A DNA stretch of 64,000 nucleotides from a virus (Duplodnaviria > Caudoviricetes). Positions 1-10,220 of this stretch are shown piece by piece. Where the stretch lies: positions 1 to 64,000 of IMG/VR virus record IMGVR_UViG_3300005330_000016. One strand, written 5' to 3'. The notes under the pieces are model-generated. The model saw only the letters and a program-made list of their open reading frames with translations, searched no databases and had not been told where the DNA came from. Numbering within the stretch: position 1 is the stretch's first letter; every line of letters starts with the position of its first letter. A program made the translations under genes and the position numbers.

Positions 1-31
1 AATAGCTCTATGGTTGTGGTCGCTGGCTCCA

Positions 32-361
32 CTAGAGAATCGCTAGCGCACCAGTGTTGCGAACGACCGTCTCGGGGTTGTCGGCCACCTTCACGTATAC
101 GTCGTACAGCGCTCCTGCGGTCAGCGTGACGACGCCGCCGAAGCCAGGCCCAACCAGACAGCGTGCGTAGTAGACGCCGCTAACGGTTTCCCATGTGGCC
201 GACTTCCAGTCGCCTGTTATCGGAGCCACTCCCGTCGCCGGGAACGCCATCTGTACGGTGTCAGAAGTCGGGTCTACGCCAGCGTCAATCGCAACCCTGA
301 CGTATTCGGTAGTGAGTGCCGATTGACTGTGCATAAGGCCCCTATCGTTGTGGCTCGCCAA
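32..361 (-). CDS. Hypothetical phage distal-tail/virion protein (likely start at ATG 334)
   Basis: Beta-rich ORF (DPTSDTVQMAF...YYARCLVGPG) of a type I recognise from actinophage tail modules; directly follows the repeat protein. Confidence 0.6.
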   Translation of the reverse strand: MASHNDRGLMHSQSALTTEYVRVAIDAGVDPTSDTVQMAFPATGVAPITGDWKSATWETVSGVYYARCLVGPGFGGVVTLTAGALYDVYVKVADNPETVVRNTGALAIL

Positions 362-2990
362 TCACCCAGCGACCACCAACGGAACCGCTGCGCCACCGCG
401 AGCCTGGTTGTGAGGAAGTCCATTCCAGATTACGTGCCACAGACGCGGCAACTCGAATCCGAAGCCCGGCGTCAGACAGCCTGATCCCGAAGACCCGCAA
501 TCGTACCTGGGCGTCCACGTTGCGCAGGACTCGGGTGATGACCCGTACCTGGGCGTCCCAGTAGGCGAGAACTCGAACTGCGGCCCGGATAGTGGTGTCG
601 CGGTATGCGGTGATCCTGACCCGAATACGCCAGGTTGAGTCTCGGAAGCCCCGGATGTCTGAGCGGATCCGAGCAACCGAGTCGCGGTAAGCTCCAACAC
701 GGACGATGAACCGAACGGTCGAATCACGCCAGGCAGTTGCCCTGACCCGAATCCGGGCTGTTGAATCTCGCCAGCCGGTGATGCCGACCCGCAGCCGGGT
801 AGCCGCGTCTTTGTAGCCACGGATGCCGACGTAGACTCTGGCCGTGGCGTCCCGGAAGGCTCGCCCGTAGACGCGGATTCGGAACTGAGCATCTCTGTAG
901 GATTGATTCTGCGCGACAGTCCTGATGCGGAACGTGGCATCGCGGAATGCCTGCCCGAAGACCTTGACCCGTACCTGGGCATCAACGTAGTTACGGATGC
1001 TGGCGTAGATCCGGAACCGTGCATCCCGGTAGCCAAGGATGCCGACCTTGACTCGTGCCTGAGCGTCTTTCCAGGCAGTGATGCCTGTGCGAATCCTTGC
1101 GGCTGCGAACAGCCAAGCCGTCTGCCCAACCCTGACCCTGAACTGGCTATCTCGCCAGCCGGTGATCCCGGTCCGAACCCTGGCTGCGGCATCTTCCCAG
1201 CCGGTGATGCCTGTGCGTACTCGAAACTGAGCGAACTTCCACGCGGTAACAGCCGCACGAATACGAGCAGTGGCATCTCGCCAAGCGGTCTGCGCGACAC
1301 GAACGCGGAATTGCGCGTCCTTGTACGCCAGCCCTTGCGCAAGAACCTTGATCCGAACTGCTGCATCTCGCCATGCGGTAGCGATGGTGCGGATTCGAAG
1401 CTGAGAATCCCGGTAGCCACGGATGTCTGACCGAATGCGGGCAGTGGCGTCCCGGTAAGCGTCAACGCGAACCCGGACCCGAGCAGCCGAGTCTTTCCAT
1501 GCCGTAGCCGCCGAGCGCAGCCGAACTTGGGCGAACTGCCAGGCTGTGATGCCGACCCGAACTCTTGTCGCTGCGAATAGCCAAGCCGTTGCCGCTGAGC
1601 GGATTCGGACCTGGGCGAACTTCCAGCCGGTTAGGCCGACCCGAACACGGAACTGAGCATCCCGATAGGCCAGTACCGCAGTGGTGATGCGGGCGACGGC
1701 ATCTCGCCAAGCCGTTTGACCGACCCGAATCCTGAACTGGCCGTCTTTGTAGGCCAGCCCTTGGGCCAGGACCTTGATACGTACCTGGGCGTCTTTGAAC
1801 GCCGTAGCGATGGTGCGGATGCGAACCTGGCTGTCGCGGAAGCCCTGGATAACCGTGCGAATGCGGAACTGCGAATCCCGGTACGCCAGCGCAGCGGTGC
1901 GAATCCGAACCTGCGCGTCTTTCCAAGCGGTAGCTGCTGCGCGGATGCGAACCTGAGCGAACTTCCACGCCGTGATGCTCGTTCTGATCCGGAACTGAGC
2001 GTCCTTGAAGCCCCGAATGTCTGAGCGGATGCGGGCAGTGGCATCACGCCACGCGGTAGCTGACGAGCGAATGCGTACCTGAGCGTCACGCCAGGCAGTA
2101 GCCGCGACCCGAACCCTGAACTGCGCATCTCGCCACGCTGCAATCGCAGCCTTGATCCTGAACTGAGCATCCCGGTAGGCAGTCGTCTGACCAGCGACCA
2201 CGATCCTGACGGCAGCGAACTTCCAAGCCGTGATGGCCGTACGGATCCGGAACTGGGCGTCTTTCCAAGCCGTGATGGCAGATCGAATGCGAACAGACGA
2301 GTCACGCCACGCGGTTACCGCTGCTCGAATCCTGAACTGCGCATCCCGGTAGCCCTGGATGACCGTTCTGATGCGGAACTGAGCATCGCGGAACCCGCGA
2401 ATGTCCGAACGGATCCTGACTGCTGCGTCACGAAACGCCAGGACCGACGTGCGGATACGAAGCTGGGCGTCTTTCCAAGCGGTCGCCGCCGCACGCAGCC
2501 TGACCTGAGCGTCTTTCCACGCGGTCTGACCAACCCTTAGCCGAAGCTGGCTATCCCGCCACGCCGTGATGCCAACGCGAACGCGGAACTGCGCAAACTT
2601 CCAGGCAGTGATCCCCGCCCTGACCCGAAGTTGCGCGTCTTTCCACGCCGTCTGAGCGATACGGATCCTGAACTGCGCATCTCGCCAGCCCGCTATCCCA
2701 ACACGAACGCGAAGCTGAGCATCCCGGAATGCCGTGATCGCTGAGCGAATGCGGAACTGCGAATCCCGGTAAGCGGTCTGAGCGACCCGAATCCTGAACT
2801 GAGCGTCCCGGAATGCCAGGATCGCGGCTCTGATCCGGAACTGAGCATCGCGGAAGTTGCAAATGCCAACCCGAATGCGAAACGCTGCATCGCGGAATCC
2901 AAGCAGGGCAACAAGTACCCTGACGGTTGCGTCACGAAGAGCAGATGCGCCAGCCGCCGCTGCACCACGCAGCAGCAGCAGTAGGCTCAT
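342..2990 (-). CDS. Arg/Ala-rich 14-residue tandem-repeat protein (about 60 repeats), probable fibre or beta-solenoid virion protein
   Basis: 882-aa ORF with unit like TAWRDAQFRIRSAI; abuts neighbouring genes in the operon; non-repetitive N and C termini. Confidence 0.8.
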   Translation of the reverse strand: MSLLLLLRGAAAAGASALRDATVRVLVALLGFRDAAFRIRVGICNFRDAQFRIRAAILAFRDAQFRIRVAQTAYRDSQFRIRSAITAFRDAQLRVRVGIAGWRDAQFRIRIAQTAWKDAQLRVRAGITAWKFAQFRVRVGITAWRDSQLRLRVGQTAWKDAQVRLRAAATAWKDAQLRIRTSVLAFRDAAVRIRSDIRGFRDAQFRIRTVIQGYRDAQFRIRAAVTAWRDSSVRIRSAITAWKDAQFRIRTAITAWKFAAVRIVVAGQTTAYRDAQFRIKAAIAAWRDAQFRVRVAATAWRDAQVRIRSSATAWRDATARIRSDIRGFKDAQFRIRTSITAWKFAQVRIRAAATAWKDAQVRIRTAALAYRDSQFRIRTVIQGFRDSQVRIRTIATAFKDAQVRIKVLAQGLAYKDGQFRIRVGQTAWRDAVARITTAVLAYRDAQFRVRVGLTGWKFAQVRIRSAATAWLFAATRVRVGITAWQFAQVRLRSAATAWKDSAARVRVRVDAYRDATARIRSDIRGYRDSQLRIRTIATAWRDAAVRIKVLAQGLAYKDAQFRVRVAQTAWRDATARIRAAVTAWKFAQFRVRTGITGWEDAAARVRTGITGWRDSQFRVRVGQTAWLFAAARIRTGITAWKDAQARVKVGILGYRDARFRIYASIRNYVDAQVRVKVFGQAFRDATFRIRTVAQNQSYRDAQFRIRVYGRAFRDATARVYVGIRGYKDAATRLRVGITGWRDSTARIRVRATAWRDSTVRFIVRVGAYRDSVARIRSDIRGFRDSTWRIRVRITAYRDTTIRAAVRVLAYWDAQVRVITRVLRNVDAQVRLRVFGIRLSDAGLRIRVAASVARNLEWTSSQPGSRWRSGSVGGRWVIGEPQR

Positions 2991-2994
2991 GCGC

Positions 2995-3528
2995 CTACGC
3001 CTTCTTGGTTAGAACGACGTGCAGATCGTCAATGACGTTGTTGTAGTACCGAGCCTGGTGCGCGCGAGCTTCCTCAGCAGACAGTGCATAACGTCGGTCA
3101 TTGATGTTGTAGGCGTACGTGTAATCGAAGTTGCACGAGATCGGGTAGTGATCCAATTTGTTGTCCTCGCGCCACTGTCGATTCGTGTAGAGATACGACG
3201 CCTCAGAGATCGGCGGCCACTCATGCGTAGGGTCTTGGATAGCGCGCATAGACGCCCAGTACGGGGTAACGATGGTTGCCTGCGCGTCAACCTTGAGGAT
3301 GCGCCATAGCTCATCGAACAGTCGGAAGCGGTCGTGACCTGGCACGTGTTCAAGGAAGTGGCTAGAGAAAACCTCATCTACCGAGTCTGATTCAAAGGGC
3401 CAGGGGTACACGCGCAAGTCGTGAACGACATCGGCACCACAATCAGCCGAGATGTCAACGCCAATGAATCCCTCTTTTGCGGTTTGCCCGCAACCAAGAT
3501 CCAGCTTTAGCGCGGTTTCAACTACCAC
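2995..3528 (-). CDS. Class I SAM-dependent methyltransferase (Methyltransf_11-like)
   Basis: LDLGCG motif I, GVDI motif II, PFESDSVDEVFSSHFLEH motif. Confidence 0.85.
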   Translation of the reverse strand: MVVETALKLDLGCGQTAKEGFIGVDISADCGADVVHDLRVYPWPFESDSVDEVFSSHFLEHVPGHDRFRLFDELWRILKVDAQATIVTPYWASMRAIQDPTHEWPPISEASYLYTNRQWREDNKLDHYPISCNFDYTYAYNINDRRYALSAEEARAHQARYYNNVIDDLHVVLTKKA

Positions 3529-4238
3529 ACAGTATCCGTTGAATAGTCATAATGCCCGGCCAGCACGCGGGTTGAAATAGCGACTCGCTCACCATACTTA
3601 CCGCCTTCTTCGAAATGCCAAAGGTCTTGAGTAAACGCGCTAGCACCGACGCCTTGCCGGTATTGTTGTTGAGTCTTGAACCACGGTGCGGGCATCTTCT
3701 TGAAGAAGTCCAGCCTGAACAACGTGCAGCCCATGCCCAAGCCGTTGGTCGGCATTACGGTGTCAGGCTCAGGTACCCAAGGAATGAAGTTGCGCGGCAT
3801 CACCTTGGGATCTCCGTAGCACATCGGCATACCGCCCTCGCCTTTAGTCCAGTAGAGAGCACCTACCGCGTCGTATGGACCTGACTCGATGTCTTCGATG
3901 AGCTTCAGTAGAGCGTCGGGTGGCACGATGTTGTCTGTTTCCATCGTGAGCATGTACTTCCACGTACTTAGCTCAGGGTTGCCCAGGATGAAGTCAACTG
4001 CCGCGTTGTAGGCTTCGCCCACTTCCATGTTTTCCATGCACAGCCGAGTGAATCTCTGGTTCATTGGTGCCATCAAGCCCATCCACGAGAGCACCACTTT
4101 AGGCGGGATAGCCTTGATCGCTGGAATCACCATGATTGTGGAGCAGTCGGCATAAGCTCGTGTACGACTGATGCGCTTGCGAGCCTCTTCAAGCTTCGCG
4201 TTGTGGAATCCTTCGACCGGCAGAATGATCTGCGACAT
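3522..4238 (-). CDS. GT-A fold (GT2-like) glycosyltransferase
   Basis: AYNAAV helix, MLTMETDNIVP (DxD-like), GLGMGCTLF and TQDLWH motifs typical of phage GT2-like proteins. Confidence 0.7.
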   Translation of the reverse strand: MSQIILPVEGFHNAKLEEARKRISRTRAYADCSTIMVIPAIKAIPPKVVLSWMGLMAPMNQRFTRLCMENMEVGEAYNAAVDFILGNPELSTWKYMLTMETDNIVPPDALLKLIEDIESGPYDAVGALYWTKGEGGMPMCYGDPKVMPRNFIPWVPEPDTVMPTNGLGMGCTLFRLDFFKKMPAPWFKTQQQYRQGVGASAFTQDLWHFEEGGKYGERVAISTRVLAGHYDYSTDTVW

Positions 4239-4987
4239 CAGATAAACCTACGTGCGTCTAGATTGAACACGCCGGGGAACGGAGGGACGTAGCCGGGCGG
4301 GCTGGTGCCAGCCGTGTAGTGAGCGCTAATAGTGCCTGAACTCAGCGCCACGTTGTAGATAGCTACCTCGTCTATAATGCCGTTCACGTAGTAGAACGTA
4401 CCGCCATTGAACCCGCCGATGCCCAGGTTTGCAGAGCTTGTCGTCGCTGGAATCGCATTGGTATCGGTGGGACTGACGTTTGCAGCACCTGCGTTCACGT
4501 ACAGTCGACTGTTAGTACCGTCGTATGTTCCAACAACGTAGTAGGTGGTGCCTGCCAGGATGTTGGCCGTCGGGGTTCTGACCGGCGCGTTCGTCTGCCA
4601 GCGTTCGAGTTCGAGACTGCCGCCGGCAGCGATGCGTAAGTCCCAGCCCTCACGGTTCACACCATTGTTCCAAGACTTATCCACGAAGTGTTGTTCACCT
4701 ACCACGCTGGTGATGTTGATCCAACACTCAACGCTGAATGACGCCGTGCCGGTAAAGCCGTAGTTGTTGCCGTAGTTGATACCCGAGCTTGCGCCGGGGA
4801 ACGACGCGGCTGTGTTCGCATCTCCAGTAAGCAAGCCGCCAATCCCGAACGTGATCGCGGTCGGCGTCCCGTTGACCGAACCCTTGCTGTCAAGTACCGA
4901 GCCTGCGCCTGTCGTTCCAGCGGATTCGCCTAATCGCCAGTACGACTGCAAGCCAGCGGTCGCCAGGATAACGTCGCTATAGGCCAA
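4238..4987 (-). CDS. LamG / concanavalin-A-like lectin domain virion protein
   Basis: SYWRLGE, FSVECWI, YYVVGTYDGTNSRLYVN, GIIDEVAIYN motifs. Confidence 0.85.
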   Translation of the reverse strand: MAYSDVILATAGLQSYWRLGESAGTTGAGSVLDSKGSVNGTPTAITFGIGGLLTGDANTAASFPGASSGINYGNNYGFTGTASFSVECWINITSVVGEQHFVDKSWNNGVNREGWDLRIAAGGSLELERWQTNAPVRTPTANILAGTTYYVVGTYDGTNSRLYVNAGAANVSPTDTNAIPATTSSANLGIGGFNGGTFYYVNGIIDEVAIYNVALSSGTISAHYTAGTSPPGYVPPFPGVFNLDARRFI

Positions 4988-4990
4988 GGG

Positions 4991-5839
4991 TCACCACGCC
5001 GAGTGCAGTGCTTCGAGAACTACGTGCGGCACGAAGCCGCCGCTGATGCCGGTCTTGGTGACACCGCTGATGTGGATGCTCGCCGGTAGCGCAGCCGTTG
5101 CTACAACGCCTGCCCACGGTGACCAATCACGTGAGTTGTTGGTCGTACCAGACACTCCCATCGTGCCGGATCGTGGTTGCGCCTGATTGCCAAGGTAGTT
5201 GCCGAAGTACGAGAGCGACTGGGTTCCGCTTGAGCTTGAGAAGATGATGCCAACCCAGTACGAAGTCTGCGAGAACGTGAGCGATGCAGAGAACGCGCTA
5301 CTGTGCATGGTCATGTAGCGCGCGCCGTCCCACAGAGTTGACTGGTTGTTCGTGGCCGCAGCGGTGATGCTCATCGAGCCTGAGTTGAGTAGCGACAGGC
5401 TGCTCGCGCCGGCCAGCGTGTAGATGCCTACCGAAGCACGTAGCGTCTGCGCCGCTGAGTTGGCAGACGAGCCGCTGCCGAGCATGTCAAAGAACATGGT
5501 CGATGCCGTCATGTTGCCCGGAAACACGTCGTCGGCAGGACACAACGGGAATAGCTGCATCGAAGCGTTGACCGTGCCGACCGAGCCGTAGTACGACCCG
5601 GTGCTGGCACTGCCGCGAATCAGCCCGTTATCAAACCTAGTCATGCCCGGTATGCGCGGGCCGACAAAGGTGACGGTAGCCGAGCCAGCGGTCAGCGATT
5701 GACTGATCGTCATCAGGTTGCTGCCGACAAGCTGGTAGCTACCGGCAGTGGCGAAGCCGCTCGTGCCGCCGGTATTACCCTGCGTGCTTATGCCGATTGG
5801 GGTGCCGCCGCCGCTTCCGCCGGGATTGTAGAGTGGCAT
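4991..5839 (-). CDS. Gly/Ser/Thr-rich hypothetical tail-associated protein
   Basis: 282-aa ORF translationally coupled in the tail module. Confidence 0.6.
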   Translation of the reverse strand: MPLYNPGGSGGGTPIGISTQGNTGGTSGFATAGSYQLVGSNLMTISQSLTAGSATVTFVGPRIPGMTRFDNGLIRGSASTGSYYGSVGTVNASMQLFPLCPADDVFPGNMTASTMFFDMLGSGSSANSAAQTLRASVGIYTLAGASSLSLLNSGSMSITAAATNNQSTLWDGARYMTMHSSAFSASLTFSQTSYWVGIIFSSSSGTQSLSYFGNYLGNQAQPRSGTMGVSGTTNNSRDWSPWAGVVATAALPASIHISGVTKTGISGGFVPHVVLEALHSAW

Positions 5840-8800
5840 CAGGATTCCTCAGTGACGAGCGCCGCACCGTTAGCAGATGCCCATATGGCGTCTACTCGGC
5901 CCGTATAGAGTGGCGTCGGGAATTCGTAGTAGCCCGACGCAGCGAGCGCAACGGTAAACGAGCTAGTAGACGCTGTGATGCCGAACTTTAGGTAGAGCGT
6001 CTGCGTGCTGTTGTTGAAGACCATCCTGCCCTTAGCAGCGCTGTTAGCAGCCAGTAGCGTGATGCTGGTAGCCGAGGATGCAACGCTCGTGACCGTGGCC
6101 GTGCTGGATCGGGCAGGCAACGCACGTACAACGGATCCCATGTCGCTGTAGGAGGGATCTGTCGCCAGCACCCGAGCTATCAACCCGATGTCGTTGGGAT
6201 CGGTGAGCACCATGCCCTGGCGCAGCACCTCACGCCCGGTACCAATCAGCCCGGTGCCGACATTGAACGTCTCAACGCCCGCCACCGTTGACGAGCTACT
6301 CACCGGCTGAACGCTGACCAGCGTTTCACCACCAACCGATGATGCGTAGATGCCAAGGTCAGGCGTCAACTGACGCTTATCGCCAACGTAGTCCAGGCTC
6401 ATGTCGAGCGCTGCCTTGGCTAGATAGCCCTGTCCGAATGCGGTACGGGTAGTGAACTGTCCGGCACGGCTGATCGGACTACCTGGCAGCGTGTGCCAGT
6501 CGGTCAGGTAGTTGTAGAACAACGGATCCGATGCGTTAGCCCCGACCTCATTCGTCGGCGGGTTCGTGGTGATCGTGTCATCCACAAAGCCCATGTAGTA
6601 GCGCATGTTGTTGGCGTATACGACTGCGCCGCTGCCGAGATCGTTTGCTTGTGACGTGCCCCACTTGAAGCCGTAGCCAACGCTCGTATAGACCGCGCCT
6701 TGCGTAGTAGCCGGCGAAGTCAGGCCGGAAGCAAGTCCGGTGATCTGGAAGTTCGCGCCGGTCGGCGTAGAGATCGCCGCGCTAGATACGTTGTAGCCGT
6801 CAGGGAATGCGCCACGAACAGTGACAAGTTGACCCGCCAAAAGCGTATTGGGCACCGTGTACGTGCCGGTTGTGCTCGATTCGGTGATGCTCGTCGTGCT
6901 GCCGACATATACGGGCGAGCGATACCAGATGTTATTGACAATCGTTGGCGCGTCAACCTTCGGGCTTGGCGGGCTGAGAGCGCCCATAGTCGGCCATTGC
7001 CCACCGGCAAGAATGCGAGATGACACAGTACAGTTGATGGCGACGTTGTTAGCGATAGTGTCATTCGCACCGCCCTGAATGGCGAAGCCGGCATAGGCAA
7101 TTCCATCGGGATACTCAGCGATAGCAACGTTGTTGAAGCAGACGTTGTTGTAGCCCTCTTTGCCGCTGGTCGAGTTGTCATACAACCCGTTCATGTCGTT
7201 GGAGCCGCCGCCGATGTAGTAAGCGGCACCTGTCAACGGAGTACCGCCCACTGGCACCCGCACCACGTTGTTGTAGATCTGAGCGTTGCGCGTGCCACCC
7301 TTGCTCTGGATGCCATCTGCTTGACCGAGAATGCCACCATTACGAAGAGGCTGGCCGGTGCCGTTCATCAGGAACAAGTTGCCCTGGAACGTGGGTGCGT
7401 TGCTGTTGAAGCAGCCGATGGCGACATTGCAGCCTTCGACAAGGTTGTACTGGAAGACGCTGCCCGTATCTACGGCAGACTTGTAGGGCTGGTAGCCGTT
7501 GGTGATCCGCAGATATTGCGCCGTGCAGAAGTCAGCCGACTGATACCACCGAGTGCCGTTCGTGCCTGCCGTAGTTCTCGCGGGCGTAGCCGTACCGCTA
7601 GTCGCCGGTGGCGTTGTAGTGAACAACGGCATAGGTCCAACCGCATACGGGTTCTGCTGTTGAGAGTTGAAGACGATAATCAGCGCAGCCGTGCCGCCAG
7701 GACCGCCGGTCACGTTCACGTTGGTGAGCGGGCCGGCTCCAGCCGCCAGCGTAGACGTAGTAGCTCGCAAGGCTGTTTGCAAAGCTGCCGCCGTGATCGT
7801 TGGCGAGAGTGCTGTAGCTGCGCTGTTGCCTGGCAGAGTCGCCGTCCAGTTGCCCGAAGCGCCAGCACTCACCGTGATCGTCTGCACCTCGCCTTGCATC
7901 TCAGCGGTAAGCCAGCCCGTACCGGATGGCGTGCCAGTTGCAGTAGCCACTGCGACGGTGAACGTCGTGCCCGATGGCACCGTCAGGATGCTGCCGTTCG
8001 TGAAGTTGTAGCTACCGCCCGACGAACCCAGGCCCGACACGTTGACCGTGCGACCGGCAATCAGACCGTGGTTGGCTGGCGTGGTGTAGGTGACGATGCC
8101 GCTCGATACCGTGCCTGCCGTGACCGTGTTGACGCTGGTTGGGTATTGCTGCCCGAAGAACGCAATCAAGCGGTCGTTGTAGTCCGAGCCTGCCATCGGC
8201 TGATCGAACCAAAGCCCCTGGATCGTGTGATAGCACTGCTGGAGGATGTGCGACTTCTGAGCATTAGACAGGTCAATGCCTGTCACCATCGTGCCGCCCG
8301 AAGACCAAGTGCCAGGGTTCGCGGCCATCGCAATCGTGACCGTGGTGCCCGACCGGGCGATCACCAGCGCATCAGATACGTTGTAGCCAGATGGCGAAGC
8401 GCCGGTAACGGTGACGTATGAGATGCCCGCCGTAAGCGAGTTGTTCACCGTGTACGTGGTCTGCCCGCCGTTTGAAGCGCTCCACGACGCACCCGTTACC
8501 GCGTTGACTGCCGTGCCAGTGCTGAGCGTACCGAAGACGATGTGCGGCATGTGATCAGCGCTGGTCGGGATCCGAGCCGGGATCGTCTGGTCGCTCGTGA
8601 ACGTGATGCCCGAGCGCTTCGTGCCGCTATATGCCATGCACGAGTTGCTACGTACCTGCGTCTCCACATACGGTGTGCCGCTCGCGTACTGGAAGATGCA
8701 GGTATCCCCAGCCTGAGCCGTTGACGCGGCCTTGAACCACGACTGCCAGGGATTGCCGATTGCACCAGTGCCAGTCGAGTCGTTGCCGGTCGGGTGAAAG

Positions 8801-9585
8801 TAGTACGTGTGCGTCGGGAAGCCGCTCACGGTGCCCGCAACAAAGGCAGCACGGAACAGCGTGCTCACCTCAGCGTTACTCAGCGCACGGTTGTAGAGAG
8901 CCACCGGCCCTACGTCACCGTCAAGCAGAGCCGTAGAGCCGCCGTTCTGTCCACCGACCGTGAAGTTCACGGCATTGCCCGGCAAGCTTCCCACGCTCGC
9001 TGCCGAGACTGAGCCGTAGTCGTCCAAGTACACCCGCAGCGTGGTGCCGTCGTAGGTCACGGCAATGAAGTACCAGACTTGCGGGATAAGCACCTGAGTG
9101 TGCGTGACGCTCTCAGCGACACCGGCAACCCAGCGACGGAAGATGATCTGTTTATTCGCCGTGACCGCTACGTCCCAGCCATTGCGCGAAGCAGTTGGAG
9201 TCTTGTCGAGAATCTCCATCTCTGCCCACACATAGTTCGCCGGTTGATCACCGCGTAGGCGGATGAGCGCGGTTGCGCTGAAAGGCGTGGCTGTTGGGAA
9301 GTCGAAGTTGTCGCCAAAGGTGACGTAGCCTGCCGTGGTCGCCGCTGGCCCGGTGGTCGCGCCAAGGTGGATGGCACCCAGCACATCACCATTCCCGCCC
9401 AGTGGCGTGCTGGAATCTTGCGCGAGCGGTGACACCACTTGCAGCCCGACCGCGCCGGTGTATGTGCCGCTCACAGCGCCCGCAGTAGCAGTAGCAGTGA
9501 CGCCGGTCAAATCGCGGAAGAACCACGAGTTAGTGATGCCGGCTGTCGCGGCTACTGCGGTGTCGTAAGGCGAGTTAGCAGCCAT
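5839..9585 (-). CDS. Large tail spike/adhesin: N-terminal LamG plus right-handed beta-helix (pectate-lyase-like, DUF1565-like start) with inserted beta-sandwich modules
   Basis: WYFIAVTYDGTTLRVY (LamG); YYFHPTGNDSTGTGAIGNPWQS; Asn-ladder repeats (NNVVR, NNVCFNNVA, NNIWY). Confidence 0.75.
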   Translation of the reverse strand: MAANSPYDTAVAATAGITNSWFFRDLTGVTATATAGAVSGTYTGAVGLQVVSPLAQDSSTPLGGNGDVLGAIHLGATTGPAATTAGYVTFGDNFDFPTATPFSATALIRLRGDQPANYVWAEMEILDKTPTASRNGWDVAVTANKQIIFRRWVAGVAESVTHTQVLIPQVWYFIAVTYDGTTLRVYLDDYGSVSAASVGSLPGNAVNFTVGGQNGGSTALLDGDVGPVALYNRALSNAEVSTLFRAAFVAGTVSGFPTHTYYFHPTGNDSTGTGAIGNPWQSWFKAASTAQAGDTCIFQYASGTPYVETQVRSNSCMAYSGTKRSGITFTSDQTIPARIPTSADHMPHIVFGTLSTGTAVNAVTGASWSASNGGQTTYTVNNSLTAGISYVTVTGASPSGYNVSDALVIARSGTTVTIAMAANPGTWSSGGTMVTGIDLSNAQKSHILQQCYHTIQGLWFDQPMAGSDYNDRLIAFFGQQYPTSVNTVTAGTVSSGIVTYTTPANHGLIAGRTVNVSGLGSSGGSYNFTNGSILTVPSGTTFTVAVATATGTPSGTGWLTAEMQGEVQTITVSAGASGNWTATLPGNSAATALSPTITAAALQTALRATTSTLAAGAGPLTNVNVTGGPGGTAALIIVFNSQQQNPYAVGPMPLFTTTPPATSGTATPARTTAGTNGTRWYQSADFCTAQYLRITNGYQPYKSAVDTGSVFQYNLVEGCNVAIGCFNSNAPTFQGNLFLMNGTGQPLRNGGILGQADGIQSKGGTRNAQIYNNVVRVPVGGTPLTGAAYYIGGGSNDMNGLYDNSTSGKEGYNNVCFNNVAIAEYPDGIAYAGFAIQGGANDTIANNVAINCTVSSRILAGGQWPTMGALSPPSPKVDAPTIVNNIWYRSPVYVGSTTSITESSTTGTYTVPNTLLAGQLVTVRGAFPDGYNVSSAAISTPTGANFQITGLASGLTSPATTQGAVYTSVGYGFKWGTSQANDLGSGAVVYANNMRYYMGFVDDTITTNPPTNEVGANASDPLFYNYLTDWHTLPGSPISRAGQFTTRTAFGQGYLAKAALDMSLDYVGDKRQLTPDLGIYASSVGGETLVSVQPVSSSSTVAGVETFNVGTGLIGTGREVLRQGMVLTDPNDIGLIARVLATDPSYSDMGSVVRALPARSSTATVTSVASSATSITLLAANSAAKGRMVFNNSTQTLYLKFGITASTSSFTVALAASGYYEFPTPLYTGRVDAIWASANGAALVTEES

Positions 9586-9596
9586 TCAATCAACTC

Positions 9597-9998
9597 CTAT
9601 GCAAGTCCTACGTGGCTCAGCGCAATGGAGCCGACGTTCTGATACGTCATGTTGTTCACGTTATCGCTGAACGGCAATAGCTGACCCTTGTCGTAATCCC
9701 ACGACCAGCAACTACACTCGCCATTCGGCCCGTTGATTACGCCAACGACATGCGCGGTGGTATGCTGCCCGACGCCCGCCCTAAAGATGGCGCACTTGAA
9801 CTGGAAGAACTTCCGCTCCTGGGTCGTGGATAGCTCAGCGGTCTTGCCGTTGGGCGCGTAAAGCCGAAGCTCGCGCCGGCCTTCGAGCGGGAGTTGCGAC
9901 CAGTCCATATCCCACTCGTTGATCACCGTGCCATCGGCATACGTGAGCGACCAGAACGAGCGACCGAGCAGCCGTGCGCGAATCGAGCCGGTATTCAC
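9597..9998 (-). CDS. Hypothetical phage protein
   Basis: 133-aa ORF coupled to neighbours. Confidence 0.6.
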   Translation of the reverse strand: MNTGSIRARLLGRSFWSLTYADGTVINEWDMDWSQLPLEGRRELRLYAPNGKTAELSTTQERKFFQFKCAIFRAGVGQHTTAHVVGVINGPNGECSCWSWDYDKGQLLPFSDNVNNMTYQNVGSIALSHVGLA

Positions 9999-10216
9999 TC
10001 GGGCTTGAAATCCTTTGGCGCATACCAGACCATCGGTTCGCCGCGATAATCAACGCCGTCTTCCATGCGCTTGATCGTCTTGGCCTTGACCATGCCATCG
10101 AGCGTCTCGCGTAGCTCAGTGCGGTCGGCTTCTGCGTCCACGTTGTCCCGGATTGCCTCAAGACTCTGCGGCTGTCCGGGGCCTTCCAGAAAGGCTTGAA
10201 TCTGCTCTTCCATCAT
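9995..10216 (-). CDS. Small hypothetical protein, possibly winged-helix
   Basis: 73-aa ORF with helix-helix-helix then beta-hairpin pattern. Confidence 0.5.
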   Translation of the reverse strand: MMEEQIQAFLEGPGQPQSLEAIRDNVDAEADRTELRETLDGMVKAKTIKRMEDGVDYRGEPMVWYAPKDFKPE

Positions 10217-10220
10217 TGCC

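Noticed and set aside
362-2968. Numerous overlapping alternative-frame and antisense ORFs throughout the window (also 7321-8421, 18803-19447, 28661-29449, 29802-30653, 56156-56926)
   Set aside because: Shadow ORFs expected in high-GC coding DNA; they overlap well-supported genes and lack motifs or SD sites
342-2990. 42-nt periodicity as a CRISPR array or DGR template/variable repeat
   Set aside because: Repeats are degenerate at synonymous positions, have no unique spacers and keep one open frame; no cas or reverse transcriptase gene in the window
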